Assembly (NCBI GenBank): GCA_002423615.1
Contig: DIKO01000063.1
Span: 34,885 to 98,884 of the forward strand
Source of the DNA: Desulfobacteraceae bacterium UBA5616
GTDB lineage: Bacteria > Desulfobacterota > Desulfobacteria > Desulfobacterales > UBA5616
DNA: 64,000 nt
Direction: 5' to 3'
The notes beneath the pieces were generated by a model, which did no database searches, was not told the DNA's origin, and worked only from the letters and a program-made list of their open reading frames with translations. Below, in pieces: positions 18,786 to 29,513 of this stretch (position 1 is its first letter; each line of letters opens with the position of its first letter). Both the position numbers and the translations under genes were made by a program.

Positions 18786-19850
18786 TCAGGTGTTACCCCG
18801 TCCGCTCCCCTCGAACAACCTGGTCTGGACCTTGTACCCCAGATGCCGGCAGGCGCCCTCCGATGCCTTGCGTCCCGATGAGGTTCGAATGACAAAACCG
18901 ATTTTCAGCAAATAGGGTTCCACCACATCCACCAGGGTATCGGTTTCTTCCTGCAAGGTCGCGGATATCGCCTCGATGCCCACCGGTCCGCCGTGATAAA
19001 AATCAATGATGGTTTTCAGGTATCGGCGATCCAGGTGGGTAAGCCCCATTTCATCCACACCTTCCAGCCTCAACCCCTCGTCAACGGTTTTCCGGTTGAC
19101 CTTTCCGTCGGCCCGGACCTCGGCATAATCCCGAACCCGCTTTAAAAGCCGGTTGACGATCCTGGGTGTTCCCCTGGATCGTCTGGATAGCTCCCCGGCC
19201 CCCTCTTCATCCACAGTTACCTGCAGAAGGGCTGCGGATCTTAAGGTAATGTCGACCAGGTCTTTTTCGGTGTAGAAATCCAGGCTTCGCATGATGCCGA
19301 AACGGTCTCGCAACGGCGCCGACAGCAGGCCCACCCGGGTGGTGGCGCCCACCAGCACGAACCGATTCAGCCGATAGCGATGGCTCCTGGCATGGATGCC
19401 CTTATCGAAGACAAAATCAATGGCAAAATCCTCCATGGCCGAGTAAAGAAATTCTTCCACGATTTTGGGGATCCGATGGATTTCATCTATAAAGAGGACA
19501 TCCCCTTCTCCCAAATGGGTCAGGATGCCGATCAGGTCGCCTCCCTTTTCAAGAGCCGGACCGGAAGTCACCGTAAGGTCCGAACCCATCTCATTGGCAA
19601 TAATATGGGCGAGCGTGGTCTTCCCAAGCCCCGGAGGGCCGTGCAAAAGCACATGGTCAATGGGTTCGCCCCTCTGTTTTGCCGCTTCAATGGCAATTTT
19701 CAGGGTTTCCACCACTTCGTTCTGTCCCACATAATCGGACAATCGTTCCGGGCGCAGGGAAAGGATGTCGTGTTCATGATCATCGGGAAGGCACATTCCG
19801 GAAACGATGTTCGAACTCGTGGAAAAATGTTTTAGAATCTCATCCGTCAT
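18786..19850 (-). CDS. ruvB: Holliday junction branch-migration helicase RuvB
   Basis: [12 protein letters not shown]..., Walker [10 protein letters not shown], Walker B LFIDEIHR, sensor regions and a winged-helix C-terminus. Confidence 0.97.
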   Translation of the reverse strand: MTDEILKHFSTSSNIVSGMCLPDDHEHDILSLRPERLSDYVGQNEVVETLKIAIEAAKQRGEPIDHVLLHGPPGLGKTTLAHIIANEMGSDLTVTSGPALEKGGDLIGILTHLGEGDVLFIDEIHRIPKIVEEFLYSAMEDFAIDFVFDKGIHARSHRYRLNRFVLVGATTRVGLLSAPLRDRFGIMRSLDFYTEKDLVDITLRSAALLQVTVDEEGAGELSRRSRGTPRIVNRLLKRVRDYAEVRADGKVNRKTVDEGLRLEGVDEMGLTHLDRRYLKTIIDFYHGGPVGIEAISATLQEETDTLVDVVEPYLLKIGFVIRTSSGRKASEGACRHLGYKVQTRLFEGSGRGNT

Positions 19851-20461
19851 TTATTTCGTTCCCCGCGATACACCTCATCAAAGAGTTCCTCGGGTGTTTC
19901 AATATGGACGTTTCGCTTCATGGCTTCATTGATCATGCGTTTGGCGTCAAGGGGTTTATGACCGAGCTGACTGACAAGAACCTCATACACCTGGTTCGCC
20001 ACATCAGGAACGACGCCAGGCGGTTCTTCTTCTTTCCGGATCAATACAAATTTTTCCATTTTCCCGGAAAGGGAGGCCACAATCTTGAGTGCCGTCCTTT
20101 CCCCGATACCCTTTAAGTTTTTCAATGCCGCAGCGTCTTTTGCCTCGATGGCCCTGGCGATTTCACGGACCGGCATGTTCAGGGCTTTAACGGCTTTCAG
20201 GGGACCGATGGCTTCAACAGAAATGAAGTGCAGAAAAAATTCCTTTTCAGCATCGAGGTTGAAGCCGATAAGGACCGGTTTGGGCTGTTTTTCCGTCTGG
20301 TGATAGTAGATATTCAGGGAAATCGCATCCCCGATGGATTTACCGTGAAACGTTTCCATGACAAATGCCGGCAACAGGACCTCATACCCCACCTGATTTG
20401 CCAGCACCAGAATGCGGTCGCCTTCTTTTTTCAGCAGCTTTCCTTCCAGGTATCCTATCAT
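19847..20461 (-). CDS. ruvA: Holliday junction DNA-binding protein RuvA
   Basis: [31 protein letters not shown]... is a canonical RuvA N-terminus. HhH motifs present ([16 protein letters not shown]). 4-nt overlap with ruvB. Confidence 0.95.
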   Translation of the reverse strand: MIGYLEGKLLKKEGDRILVLANQVGYEVLLPAFVMETFHGKSIGDAISLNIYYHQTEKQPKPVLIGFNLDAEKEFFLHFISVEAIGPLKAVKALNMPVREIARAIEAKDAAALKNLKGIGERTALKIVASLSGKMEKFVLIRKEEEPPGVVPDVANQVYEVLVSQLGHKPLDAKRMINEAMKRNVHIETPEELFDEVYRGERNK

Positions 20462-20494
20462 ACTTTAACAACACCCAACCTTCGGCAAGGTATT

Positions 20495-20980
20495 TTAAAC
20501 GCCGGTTTTATTTCGATAAAGTCCGATAAGTGCCAACCCGAGGGCGTCCGAGGCATGAAAGGGGCGTATGGCCTTGGATTGATTCAGAAGATTCCGGACC
20601 GCGGTTTCCAGTTGAGATTTCGTGGCGTTGCCGTTTCCGGTGATCACCTGCTTGGCCTCCCGGACCGAAATTTCGATCACCGGCAACCCCGCCTTGCACC
20701 CCGCCAGAAGGATTACCCCCGTCACTTTCCCGAGTGCGATGCCGGATTTAGGGTATTTTTCCATTGAAAATACATCTTCAACGACCATCATGTCGGGTTT
20801 CTGGCTTTGCAGAACTTCCGTTAATTTGGAATAGATAAAATCCAGGCGGTTGGGCAGGGACATGTCCTTGGAGGTGTAAATACCGCCGTAGGAATATCCA
20901 CTGACATTAACATCGAACCCCTGCACAACGCCGATCCCGGTCGCGGCCAGGCCGGGATCTATGCCGATGATTTTAGTCAT
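20495..20980 (-). CDS. ruvC: Crossover junction endodeoxyribonuclease RuvC
   Basis: IIGIDPGLAATGIGVV..., VVEDVF, and the C-terminal ASDALGLAL catalytic-acid pattern of RuvC. Confidence 0.95.
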   Translation of the reverse strand: MTKIIGIDPGLAATGIGVVQGFDVNVSGYSYGGIYTSKDMSLPNRLDFIYSKLTEVLQSQKPDMMVVEDVFSMEKYPKSGIALGKVTGVILLAGCKAGLPVIEISVREAKQVITGNGNATKSQLETAVRNLLNQSKAIRPFHASDALGLALIGLYRNKTGV

Positions 20981-21011
20981 TCCCTGCTTTGCTGTTGCGG
21001 ATTGAAGCGGT

Positions 21012-21857
21012 TTAAAGTTCTTTTAATTTTGCCGTCGCGATCTCGGCTTCGGCGCTTCCAGGATGTTTTTTCACCACTTCATTCAGAATAAGGCGTGCAT
21101 TTGCCTTGTCTCCCAGATTTAAAAAGGAGAGCCCCTGTTTCAGAAGGGCAGCCTGGGCCTTGTTTCCCTGTGGATATTTTTCGATCACCTTCTGATATTC
21201 CAGAATGGCTTTTTCATACCATTTCTGGCGGTAATAGATCTCACCGATCCAGAATTGGGCATTATCGGCATTTTCGGATTTTGGATATTTCAGGACAAAC
21301 TCTTCAAAATTCCGCCGTGACCCTTCGAGGTCCTGCCGGTCAAAGGCCTGCTTGGCGATGGCATAGAGCTGTTCTTCGGATTCCGCTGAAGCCACGGGTT
21401 GAACCGGTTGCGCCGGTTGAACAGATCGTACCGGCTGATCGGTGGGCGTCAGGGCAGGGGAATTTCCTCCGGGTTGAATTTTCAGCGCTTGCTCCAGGCG
21501 TACGATTCTGTCGCCGTAATTGCCTGCCGCCTCCCCCATGGTCCGGTTCTGGTTCGTATCCCGCGTTGCGCTCTCAACCATCTTGTGCTCGATCTCATCC
21601 AGTCTGCCGGTAAGGGATTGAACCTCACTGGTCAGGCTGTCGAGTTCAGCCCGCATTTCGGCGAATCGGTCCCGAAGGCTTTGTCCTTCATCCGCCATGG
21701 ACTCGCCTTTTTTTCGGGATTCGTTCTCAAGAGCGCCGATCCGGTTTTCCACATCAATCACATGTTGCTCGATAATGGCCGTTCGATCCGTACCTGATGC
21801 GCATCCGACGAATATCATCAGGGAACAGACGCATGTCATTGCAATTGATTGTTTCAT
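21012..21857 (-). CDS. cpoB: Tol-Pal system protein YbgF/CpoB
   Basis: Lipoprotein-like signal (LMIFVGC), N-terminal coiled coil, C-terminal TPR region (YPKSENADNAQFWIGEIYYRQKWYEKAILEYQKVIEKYP). Located immediately after pal. Confidence 0.88.
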   Translation of the reverse strand: MKQSIAMTCVCSLMIFVGCASGTDRTAIIEQHVIDVENRIGALENESRKKGESMADEGQSLRDRFAEMRAELDSLTSEVQSLTGRLDEIEHKMVESATRDTNQNRTMGEAAGNYGDRIVRLEQALKIQPGGNSPALTPTDQPVRSVQPAQPVQPVASAESEEQLYAIAKQAFDRQDLEGSRRNFEEFVLKYPKSENADNAQFWIGEIYYRQKWYEKAILEYQKVIEKYPQGNKAQAALLKQGLSFLNLGDKANARLILNEVVKKHPGSAEAEIATAKLKEL

Positions 21858-21941
21858 GGGCGATTTCCCGTTTTCTTTATGGGCGGTAAGGCGAGGGATT
21901 AAAACGTCCGCCTCCCATTTCCGTTTACGATTCGGTAATAC

Positions 21942-22481
21942 TCACTCGAACACAAAATGAACCCTTCTGTTTTTAGCCCATGCGGATTCATCATGTCCCG
22001 GATCCACGGGGCGTTCCTCACCATAACTGATGGCAGTCAGTTTTTCCTGGGGCACCCCGATTTCCACCATATACGCCATGGCGCTCTGGGCACGCCGGTC
22101 CCCCAGGGCCAGGTTGTATTCATTGGTCCCCCGTTCATCGCAGTGGGCTTCGATAGTCGCCTTCTTATCGGGATTTTGAGACATCCACTCGGCCTTTTTC
22201 CTTAGCAGCTCCCGGGCATCGGGGGTCAGGTCGGAACTGTCGTAATCAAACTGGATATCGTCATTGGAAAATTCTTCCGGAGCAGGGGGTTCCGGTGTTT
22301 TTACGGCCACTTCCGCCGCCGGCTCCCGGCATTGGTCCTCACTGGGCTCCAGTTCCGGTTGAGCCGCCACCTGTTCCATGGCGTCCGGAAGAATCGTTTT
22401 TGACCTAACACAGGAAAGGGTAACCATCAGACTTGGAATAAACAGCACGAGCATTAAGCAGATCCGGAATTTTCTTCCCAT
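21942..22481 (-). CDS. pal: Peptidoglycan-associated lipoprotein Pal (OmpA-C domain)
   Basis: Lipobox VTLSC, Pro/Glu linker, OmpA-like domain (IEAHCDERGTNEYNLALGDRRAQS). Confidence 0.93.
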   Translation of the reverse strand: MGRKFRICLMLVLFIPSLMVTLSCVRSKTILPDAMEQVAAQPELEPSEDQCREPAAEVAVKTPEPPAPEEFSNDDIQFDYDSSDLTPDARELLRKKAEWMSQNPDKKATIEAHCDERGTNEYNLALGDRRAQSAMAYMVEIGVPQEKLTAISYGEERPVDPGHDESAWAKNRRVHFVFE

Positions 22482-22535
22482 ATCATCCTCCTTTTCCTTC
22501 CGATATTTGAAAAACCTTCTTGTGTCAGCTGTCGA

Positions 22536-23846
22536 TCAGGGCGACCACTTCGGATTGGTCTGTTCTCCCGAGATGCTCAGCAATCGTTTCGGGTCCGTCC
22601 CCCGGGCGGTCATCACATATATTCTCGATGACCCTTCCCTTGTTGAGCTGAAAGCAATGAGGCTGCCGTCCGGAGACCATGAAGGAGACTCATCATACCC
22701 CCTGCTGTTGGTGAGCTGGGTCTGGCCCGATCCATCCGCGTTAATTACAACGATATTGGTGGAACCGCCGTTCATGGCGGTATAGGCAATCTTGTCCCCG
22801 GCAGGAGACCAGTTGGGCTGGGTGTTATAGCGACCGGAATACGTCAGCCGTTTGGATATGCCCGAATTCATGTCCATAATAAAAATCTGCGGCGTCCCGG
22901 CCCTTTTGGAAACAAATGCCATCCGCCTGCCATCGGGAGAAAATGTCGGGGAAGAATCAATACCCTTGTTATTGGTCAATCTTCTAATGATTTTCCCGTC
23001 TTTGGTCAACAGATAAATTTCCTGATCACCGGAAAATGACAGTGTCGCAGCCAGTTCCAGGCTGCCCGGAACCCATGCAGGTGTGGTATTGATCCCGTTT
23101 TTTGAAACAACCGATTCCCGATCACCCTGGATATTGCGGATAAACAGATCGGGTTTCCCGTGTTTATAAGAGGTATACGCCATCCATTTCCCGTCAGAGG
23201 ACCAGGCGGGGAAAAGGGTGATGCTGTTATTCCGTGTAAAGGGTTTGGGTTCATACCCGTCAAACTCGCAGATATAAATTTCCTTGTTTCCGGTGCCCGT
23301 TGAAAGAAAAGCGATCCTGCTGTCAAATATGCCTTCCTCGCCGGTCAACAGCAGGATGATCTCGTTGCAGAACCGCCTGATCATATCCCTGTAATCATCC
23401 ACCGTTCCCTTGTATCTCTTGCCCAGGAGCATTCCGTTCTTATAGGTGTCCATTAATCTCAGTTCGACCTCGATCAAACCATCAAAGGTCGTCACCGCGC
23501 CGGTTACAAGAAGTTCCGCGCCGATTACGGTCCAGTTTCCGTAGTTTATGTCCGACGGGGAAACCCCGTCCCGCTGGGGGTCGAAAAGGTATTTATTCCG
23601 GTCGATTATTGCAAAATACCCTGTGAAATCAAGTGTGTCCGCCAGAATATCGGCTCCTTTCACAGCCATGGCAAGTTCGTTGTTCTGACCGCCCGTTGCT
23701 TTGAACACGGGGACGGCGATGGGTGTTTTATTGAAGGAAGGATTGGTGATGCTGATATACCCATAATCCGCCGCCTCGGCTCCGGCATTGGCAAACAGCA
23801 ACACCGCTCCCGCCAGAAAGGCGAACATAAAACCTCTTTTTTTCAT
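22536..23846 (-). CDS. tolB: Tol-Pal system beta-propeller protein TolB
   Basis: 436 aa with a signal peptide and an N-terminal TolB domain. Repeated PxWSPDG propeller blades (PAWSSDGKWMAY, PTFSPDGRRMAF, PNWSPAGDKIAY, PSWSPDGSLIAF). Confidence 0.95.
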   Translation of the reverse strand: MKKRGFMFAFLAGAVLLFANAGAEAADYGYISITNPSFNKTPIAVPVFKATGGQNNELAMAVKGADILADTLDFTGYFAIIDRNKYLFDPQRDGVSPSDINYGNWTVIGAELLVTGAVTTFDGLIEVELRLMDTYKNGMLLGKRYKGTVDDYRDMIRRFCNEIILLLTGEEGIFDSRIAFLSTGTGNKEIYICEFDGYEPKPFTRNNSITLFPAWSSDGKWMAYTSYKHGKPDLFIRNIQGDRESVVSKNGINTTPAWVPGSLELAATLSFSGDQEIYLLTKDGKIIRRLTNNKGIDSSPTFSPDGRRMAFVSKRAGTPQIFIMDMNSGISKRLTYSGRYNTQPNWSPAGDKIAYTAMNGGSTNIVVINADGSGQTQLTNSRGYDESPSWSPDGSLIAFSSTREGSSRIYVMTARGTDPKRLLSISGEQTNPKWSP

Positions 23847-23909
23847 TTTATATTTCCTCTGAATTCTACGGATAAAGAAAACGACCTCAATGTTTTGGCG
23901 TTGAAATCC

Positions 23910-24926
23910 CTATTGCACGCCGGAGGGTGTAAAAATCATCCCAACCGTATAAAAAGCACGTTTGTATCCCTGGGGAAGCGGTGGAAGCGGGTTGGATTTC
24001 AAAATCGCTTTTTGAGCCGAGTCATCCAGATAGGTGTTGCCGGATTTCTGCTCGAACCACACATCTTTAATTTCCCCATTGGACATGATCTTGATCACCA
24101 GCACGGTCTGCAAATTCCGGGCCCCGGCCGCCTGTTCCGAAAACACCCAGTTTCTCTGAATCTGATCCTTGATTTCAAGCCCATACAGGTCCATTTCAGT
24201 CAACTCGCCGTTAGCCGATCCTCCGCCCGTCGCTCCTGATAGTCCCGGTGCATCCACATCATCCCCGCCATCAGGTCCGGTGTCTTCGATGTTTTCCCTG
24301 ATTTTCGCGATGGCCTTGGCGACGGAATCCGACTGGTCACCCGAAGGGGTGTCTTTCCTGTCTTGATCGACACTCTGTTTTAATTTTTCGATGGCCTTGG
24401 CCACGGAATCCGGGTCAGCTGCTGCCGCTTCTTTTTCGGCGGCTTTGGACGGCTCCACCAATTTTCCGGTTTTAATGGTTTGTTTTTTAAGAGAAACCTT
24501 GGGTTTTTCTTCCACAACAGCCGGCTTTTCGACCTTTTCCACCACCGGTTTGGGCTCCGGTTCGGGTATTTCAGCTTTTTCCACCACCGGTTCTGGAACC
24601 GGTTCTTCCTTCTTTTCAGCCGGTAGTTTGGGTTTGGTATCCGGAACCACTACCGGTTTGGCGTGTGTTTTTTTATCCGTCCTGCGAACTTTTGTAGCCT
24701 TTTTTTTTAACGGGGGGCCGGGTTTTTCATCCGGAAGGGATACGAGGCTGACATTCAAGGATGGGGGCATGATTTTCCGGTTCGGTTTCAACGAAGGCGA
24801 ATAAATCAAAATCGCCAGAAAAACCAGATGAAGTACGGCGGAAATCAATATGCTAAAGTAAACCGAACGAGAATTATTTTTCGAAACGTCAAAAATATCA
24901 TTACGAGCAGTCATGTCTTCCTTCAC
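23910..24926 (-). CDS. tolA: TolA (TonB-C-domain energy transducer of the Tol system)
   Basis: N-terminal TM anchor, long Lys/Pro/Glu low-complexity spacer (KPKLPAEKKEEPVPEPVVEKAEIPEPEPKPVVEK...), C-terminal TolA/TonB-like domain. Positioned between tolR and tolB. Confidence 0.85.
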   Translation of the reverse strand: MKEDMTARNDIFDVSKNNSRSVYFSILISAVLHLVFLAILIYSPSLKPNRKIMPPSLNVSLVSLPDEKPGPPLKKKATKVRRTDKKTHAKPVVVPDTKPKLPAEKKEEPVPEPVVEKAEIPEPEPKPVVEKVEKPAVVEEKPKVSLKKQTIKTGKLVEPSKAAEKEAAAADPDSVAKAIEKLKQSVDQDRKDTPSGDQSDSVAKAIAKIRENIEDTGPDGGDDVDAPGLSGATGGGSANGELTEMDLYGLEIKDQIQRNWVFSEQAAGARNLQTVLVIKIMSNGEIKDVWFEQKSGNTYLDDSAQKAILKSNPLPPLPQGYKRAFYTVGMIFTPSGVQ

Positions 24927-24932
24927 GGACGC

Positions 24933-25364
24933 TTATGAGGATTGCTCGCTGTTTTTTGGGTCTGATTCATCCGGTTCCGTCAGAATAGCCAATTTTTCGG
25001 CGCCGGCCTGTTTGATTTCGCTCATGACCTGAACAACGACGCCGTATGGAATGACTCTGTCAGCTCTTAAATAAACGCTCCGATCGGTTCTGCCGGCCAG
25101 AATATTCCCCAGTTTTTCTTTCAAAAAATCCAGGGTTACACCGTAATCGTTGATAAATATTTTGTTATTTTTATCTATTGAAACAATAAGTTGTTCAGTT
25201 TCCGAATCAATCGGCGACGAAACGGCCTTGGGGAGGTCCAGACTGACTCCCTGAACCATCATGGGGGCGGTCACCATGAATATGATGAGAAGCACCAGCA
25301 TGACGTCGACAAACGGCGTGACATTGATCTCGGACATCAAACCGTTGTTATTCTCCAGTTTCAT
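24933..25364 (-). CDS. tolR: TolR (ExbD/TolR family)
   Basis: MSEINVTPFVDVMLVLLIIFMVTAP... is the canonical ExbD/TolR TM segment with the conserved Asp. Confidence 0.92.
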   Translation of the reverse strand: MKLENNNGLMSEINVTPFVDVMLVLLIIFMVTAPMMVQGVSLDLPKAVSSPIDSETEQLIVSIDKNNKIFINDYGVTLDFLKEKLGNILAGRTDRSVYLRADRVIPYGVVVQVMSEIKQAGAEKLAILTEPDESDPKNSEQSS

Positions 25365-26092
25365 TAAATATTTCTCCCTTTTGTCGGCAGGATATCACGC
25401 TCGACAATATTCAGCAGATCCGACGAAAAACTCTGCAATTCGGACTCCAGGACCTTGATTTTGTACATAAAATAATTGTAGGCGATGACTGCGGGAATGG
25501 CGGTGGCAAGCCCTGCGGCCGTAGCGATCAGAGCCTCGGAAATCCCGGGGGCCACGGCGGCGAGACTGGCAGATCCCTTTAACCCGATGCCGTGAAAGGA
25601 ATTCATGATCCCCCAGACCGTACCAAAGAGACCGATGAACGGTGTGGCATTGCCGGTGGTGGCCAGGAAGGGAACCAGGTGGACCATTCGGTTGGTCTCG
25701 GTGTTAACGGCCTTTTCCAGTGCCCGTTTCATGTTGTCGGAGCCGGACAGGCTCAGGTTCAGGGGTTGGGCTTCGGATTGTCCACCCGCACCCCTGGCCG
25801 GCTGACCGGCTTTGCTCAGTTTTTTCAGTTCGATGTAACCCACCCTGAACACTTTTGCCGTAGGGCTGTTGTGAAGGTGTTTGGACTTTGAAAACGCTTC
25901 TGAAAAATCTTTGCTTTTCCAGAAAAACTCGGTAAAAAATTCAGACTCCTTGATAGCCTTGCCGATGGTGCGAAACTTGATGATGATAATCGACCAGGAA
26001 GCGATCGAAAACATGAACAGAAGGGCCAGCACAAACTGAACCATCAGGCCGGCATTCAACAGCATGTAAACGATGTCAATCTTTGATTCCAT
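25364..26092 (-). CDS. tolQ: TolQ (MotA/TolQ/ExbB proton channel)
   Basis: Three TM segments. The conserved C-terminal block is LATTGNATPFIGLFGTVWGIMNSF...APGISEALIATAAGLATAIPAVIAYN. Confidence 0.93.
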   Translation of the reverse strand: MESKIDIVYMLLNAGLMVQFVLALLFMFSIASWSIIIIKFRTIGKAIKESEFFTEFFWKSKDFSEAFSKSKHLHNSPTAKVFRVGYIELKKLSKAGQPARGAGGQSEAQPLNLSLSGSDNMKRALEKAVNTETNRMVHLVPFLATTGNATPFIGLFGTVWGIMNSFHGIGLKGSASLAAVAPGISEALIATAAGLATAIPAVIAYNYFMYKIKVLESELQSFSSDLLNIVERDILPTKGRNI

Positions 26093-26235
26093 AAAACCAA
26101 ACCGAATTCATACAATTTAAGGTTAAATATCAGCCGCCGAATTAATTAGAATTAAGCGAACTTTTCTGATAAAGAATTGCGCCGACAATATATGAACCAC
26201 AAAAAGCTGTCAAGTAAATTGGGGGAAAGGACGCC

Positions 26236-26793
26236 ATGCGAAAAATTGCGAATCTCCTGTTTGAGGCCAGGAAATTAAAGGACATTCCCAGGTCCGGCTA
26301 TCAATTTCTGGAAGCCGGTGGGGAAACTGTTGCCGAGCACAGTTTCATGGCAACCTTTATCGCCTTTGTTTTGTCCCGGATGCACCCGGACATCGACCAT
26401 GACAAGCTGATCCGGATGTGCCTGGTCCACGACCTGCCTGAAACCCGCACCGGAGATCTGAACCACGTCCAGAAGCGGTATGTCGCCCCCGATGAACATC
26501 GGGCCATGGAAGACGCTCTCTCCGGCATTCCTTTCAAGGCTGATATTATGAATCTCATCGAAGAGTTCAACGAAGGGACAACACCGGAAGCCAGACTGGC
26601 CAGAGATGCCGATCAACTGGCATTTATCCTGGATCTTAAAGCCCTTGCGGATCTCGGATATAAACCCCCTCTGAAATGGCTGAACAACGTCGTTGGACGA
26701 CTGTTCACCGATACGGGAAAAAACCTTGCTGAAAGCATCCTCGCCACCGATAGCGATGCCTGGTGGATGCCTGATGGACACCCGGTGGATTAA
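26236..26793 (+). CDS. HD-domain phosphohydrolase (YfbR-like 5'-nucleotidase family)
   Basis: RSGYQFLEAGGETVAEHSF...CLVHDLPETRTGDL... (the H..HD..D metal-binding pattern). Confidence 0.8.
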   Translation: MRKIANLLFEARKLKDIPRSGYQFLEAGGETVAEHSFMATFIAFVLSRMHPDIDHDKLIRMCLVHDLPETRTGDLNHVQKRYVAPDEHRAMEDALSGIPFKADIMNLIEEFNEGTTPEARLARDADQLAFILDLKALADLGYKPPLKWLNNVVGRLFTDTGKNLAESILATDSDAWWMPDGHPVD

Positions 26794-26943
26794 AGATTAT
26801 TCCGATAAATTTGTTGACAGTCCCCTTAAAAAAAAATAAGAAAAATTTTTTGAGTTGCGAATCCGATTGTGTGGGTTTGGTGGATTTTTTAAATTAAGTA
26901 TGTATTAATTAATTGGACTGGTTCTCTAACTCGGGAGGAAAAA

Positions 26944-27585
26944 ATGAATTGGTTGTTCAGAACCCTTGGGGCATCCATCGGGAAGAAGCTGATGATGGCC
27001 TTAACCGGACTCAGTTTCATCGGTTTTCTGCTCGCCCATCTGGCGGGCAACCTCACCATTTACGGCGGGAATGATCTTTTCAACGCCTATGCCGAGCATC
27101 TTCACGCGCTTGGCCCGGTGTTAACGGTGATGGAGTGGGGGCTGTTGACTCTTGCCATGGTCCACGTCATCACCGGCCTGACCCTGTTTTACCAGAACCT
27201 GCAGGCCAGACCTTCGCGGTACCAGGTTACCAAATGGAACGGCGGCAGGACCGCCGGATCCGCGACCATGCCTTACACCGGCATCATCATTCTGGCCTTT
27301 GTCGTCATCCACCTGTTTAATTTTCATTTTGTCAACAAGGAAGGGACGACCATTTTTCAAATCGTTACGGAAACCTTTGCCAATCCTTTATATGTGATGA
27401 TGTATGCTGCGGCCATGGTCATCGTGGGCCTGCATGTAAGCCACGGATTCTGGAGCCTGTTCCAGACCGTGGGGGCAAACCACCCCAAGTACATGCCCGC
27501 GATCCAAATCCTGGGGCTGTTCCTCAGCCTTGTCCTGGGCATGGGTTTTGGTTTTATCCCGGTTTATCTTTCGTTTATGGCATAA
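26944..27585 (+). CDS. sdhC: Succinate dehydrogenase/fumarate reductase cytochrome b subunit (single-subunit b558 type)
   Basis: 213 aa with 5 predicted TM helices carrying conserved His residues. First gene of the C-A-B cluster. GGGAGG RBS. Confidence 0.85.
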   Translation: MNWLFRTLGASIGKKLMMALTGLSFIGFLLAHLAGNLTIYGGNDLFNAYAEHLHALGPVLTVMEWGLLTLAMVHVITGLTLFYQNLQARPSRYQVTKWNGGRTAGSATMPYTGIIILAFVVIHLFNFHFVNKEGTTIFQIVTETFANPLYVMMYAAAMVIVGLHVSHGFWSLFQTVGANHPKYMPAIQILGLFLSLVLGMGFGFIPVYLSFMA

Positions 27586-27599
27586 GGAGGAAACTACAA

Positions 27600-29513
27600 A
27601 TGCAGCTTGATGGAAAAGTCCCCGGTGGTCCGCTTGAGGCAAAATGGGACAGGCATCGTTTTGAACTGAAACTGGTGAATCCCGCCAATAAGAGAAAATT
27701 CAACATCATCGTTGTGGGGACCGGCCTCGCCGGGGGTTCAGCTTCGGCGACCCTGGCGGAACTCGGGTACAACGTTCAAACTTTCTGTATTCAGGACAGC
27801 CCCCGCAGGGCCCACAGCATCGCGGCTCAGGGCGGCATCAACGCATCCAAAAACTACCCCAATGACGGCGACAGCATCCGCCGGCTGTTTTACGACACGG
27901 TCAAGGGCGGAGATTTCCGGGCCAGGGAAGGCAACATTTATCGACTGGCCCAGGTCAGTGAGAACATCATCGACCAGTGCGTTGCCCAGGGAGTTCCCTT
28001 TGCAAGAGAATACGGAGGCCAGTTGGCCAACCGTTCCTTCGGCGGCGCACAGGTATCGAGGACATTTTATGCCCGGGGTCAGACCGGGCAGCAGCTTCTG
28101 CTGGGCGCGTACAGTTCCCTGTCCCGGCAGATAGCGGTCGGCAAAGTAAAAATGTATACCCGCCGGGAAATGCAGGAACTGGTGCTGGTCAACGGCCAGG
28201 CCCGGGGTATCGTGGTACGTAACCTGATCAACGGCGAACTGGAATCCTATGCCGCCGATGCCGTTGTTCTGGCCACGGGCGGATACGGCAATGTGTTCTA
28301 TCTTTCCACCAATGCCGCCTCCTGCAATGTCGGAGCGGCCTTCAAGGCCTACCGGAAAGGCGCTTTTTTCGCCAATCCCTGTTATACTCAGATCCATCCC
28401 ACCTGCATACCTCAGTCGGGCCACTTTCAATCGAAGCTGACCCTGATGAGCGAAAGCTTACGAAATGACGGTCGGGTGTGGGTTCCGAAAAACAAGGGAG
28501 ATAAGCGAAAACCCAACGAAATCCCGGAATCCGAAAGAAACTATTACCTGGAAATCAAATACCCGAGCTTCGGAAACCTCGTTCCCAGGGACGTGGCGTC
28601 CCGAAACGCCAAGGAGCAATGCGACGCCGGTTACGGTGTGGGGGAAACCGGATACGCCGTTTACCTGGATTTTGCCGACGCCATCAGACGGGACGGAAAA
28701 GACGTGATCCAGAAAAAATACGGCAACCTCTTTGATATGTACGCCAACATCAGCGGCGATGATCCCTATCAGACTCCCATGATGATTTATCCGGCGTCCC
28801 ACTACGCCATGGGCGGATTATGGGTGGACTATAACCTCATGAGCACCATCCCCGGGCTGTTTATCCTGGGTGAAGCCAATTTTTCCGACCACGGGGCAAA
28901 CCGCCTGGGAGCCAGCGCTCTCATGCAGGGTCTGGCGGACGGTTATTTCATTCTGCCCTACACCATCGGCGGATATATTGCCGGCACATCCCTGCCCAGG
29001 TTAAATACGGACCATGCGGCCTTTAAGGAGGCGGCGGCGGATGTGAAGGCCAATGTTGAAAGGCTCATGTCCATCAAGGGGAACCGGACCGCCGACGACC
29101 TTCACCGGGAACTTGGCGAAATCATGTGGAATTACTGCGGCATGGGCAGAAATGAAGAGGGTCTTTCCAAGGCCGTCACTTTGATCCGGAATTTAAGGGA
29201 TGAATTCTGGCAGAACCTCCTGGTTCCCGGATCGGACCAGGACTACAATTTAAGCCTCCAGAAAGCCGGGAGAGTGGCCGATTTCCTGGAGTTCGGCGAG
29301 CTTCTGGCCGTTGACGCCCTGGCCCGTAAGGAATCCTGCGGCAGCCATTTCAACGAGGCTTACCAGACCGAAGAAGGGGAAGCCCTGCGCGACGACGAAA
29401 ACTTCTGCCATGTTTCCGCGTGGGAATATAAAGGTTTCGGCAATGAACCCGAGTTTCATAAGGAACCCCTGGTTTTTGAAAATGTCAAATTAACGCAAAG
29501 GAGTTACAAGTGA
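27600..29513 (+). CDS. sdhA: Succinate dehydrogenase/fumarate reductase flavoprotein subunit
   Basis: 637 aa. FAD-binding [37 protein letters not shown] (covalent-FAD His region), catalytic HPT...R blocks. Confidence 0.95.
   Translation: MQLDGKVPGGPLEAKWDRHRFELKLVNPANKRKFNIIVVGTGLAGGSASATLAELGYNVQTFCIQDSPRRAHSIAAQGGINASKNYPNDGDSIRRLFYDTVKGGDFRAREGNIYRLAQVSENIIDQCVAQGVPFAREYGGQLANRSFGGAQVSRTFYARGQTGQQLLLGAYSSLSRQIAVGKVKMYTRREMQELVLVNGQARGIVVRNLINGELESYAADAVVLATGGYGNVFYLSTNAASCNVGAAFKAYRKGAFFANPCYTQIHPTCIPQSGHFQSKLTLMSESLRNDGRVWVPKNKGDKRKPNEIPESERNYYLEIKYPSFGNLVPRDVASRNAKEQCDAGYGVGETGYAVYLDFADAIRRDGKDVIQKKYGNLFDMYANISGDDPYQTPMMIYPASHYAMGGLWVDYNLMSTIPGLFILGEANFSDHGANRLGASALMQGLADGYFILPYTIGGYIAGTSLPRLNTDHAAFKEAAADVKANVERLMSIKGNRTADDLHRELGEIMWNYCGMGRNEEGLSKAVTLIRNLRDEFWQNLLVPGSDQDYNLSLQKAGRVADFLEFGELLAVDALARKESCGSHFNEAYQTEEGEALRDDENFCHVSAWEYKGFGNEPEFHKEPLVFENVKLTQRSYK

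Noticed and set aside
24400-24720. Periodic CCGGTT/GGTTT-rich DNA that looks like a repeat array.
   Set aside because: It encodes the Lys/Pro/Glu/Val low-complexity spacer (domain II) of TolA on the minus strand. It is not a CRISPR or a non-coding repeat.
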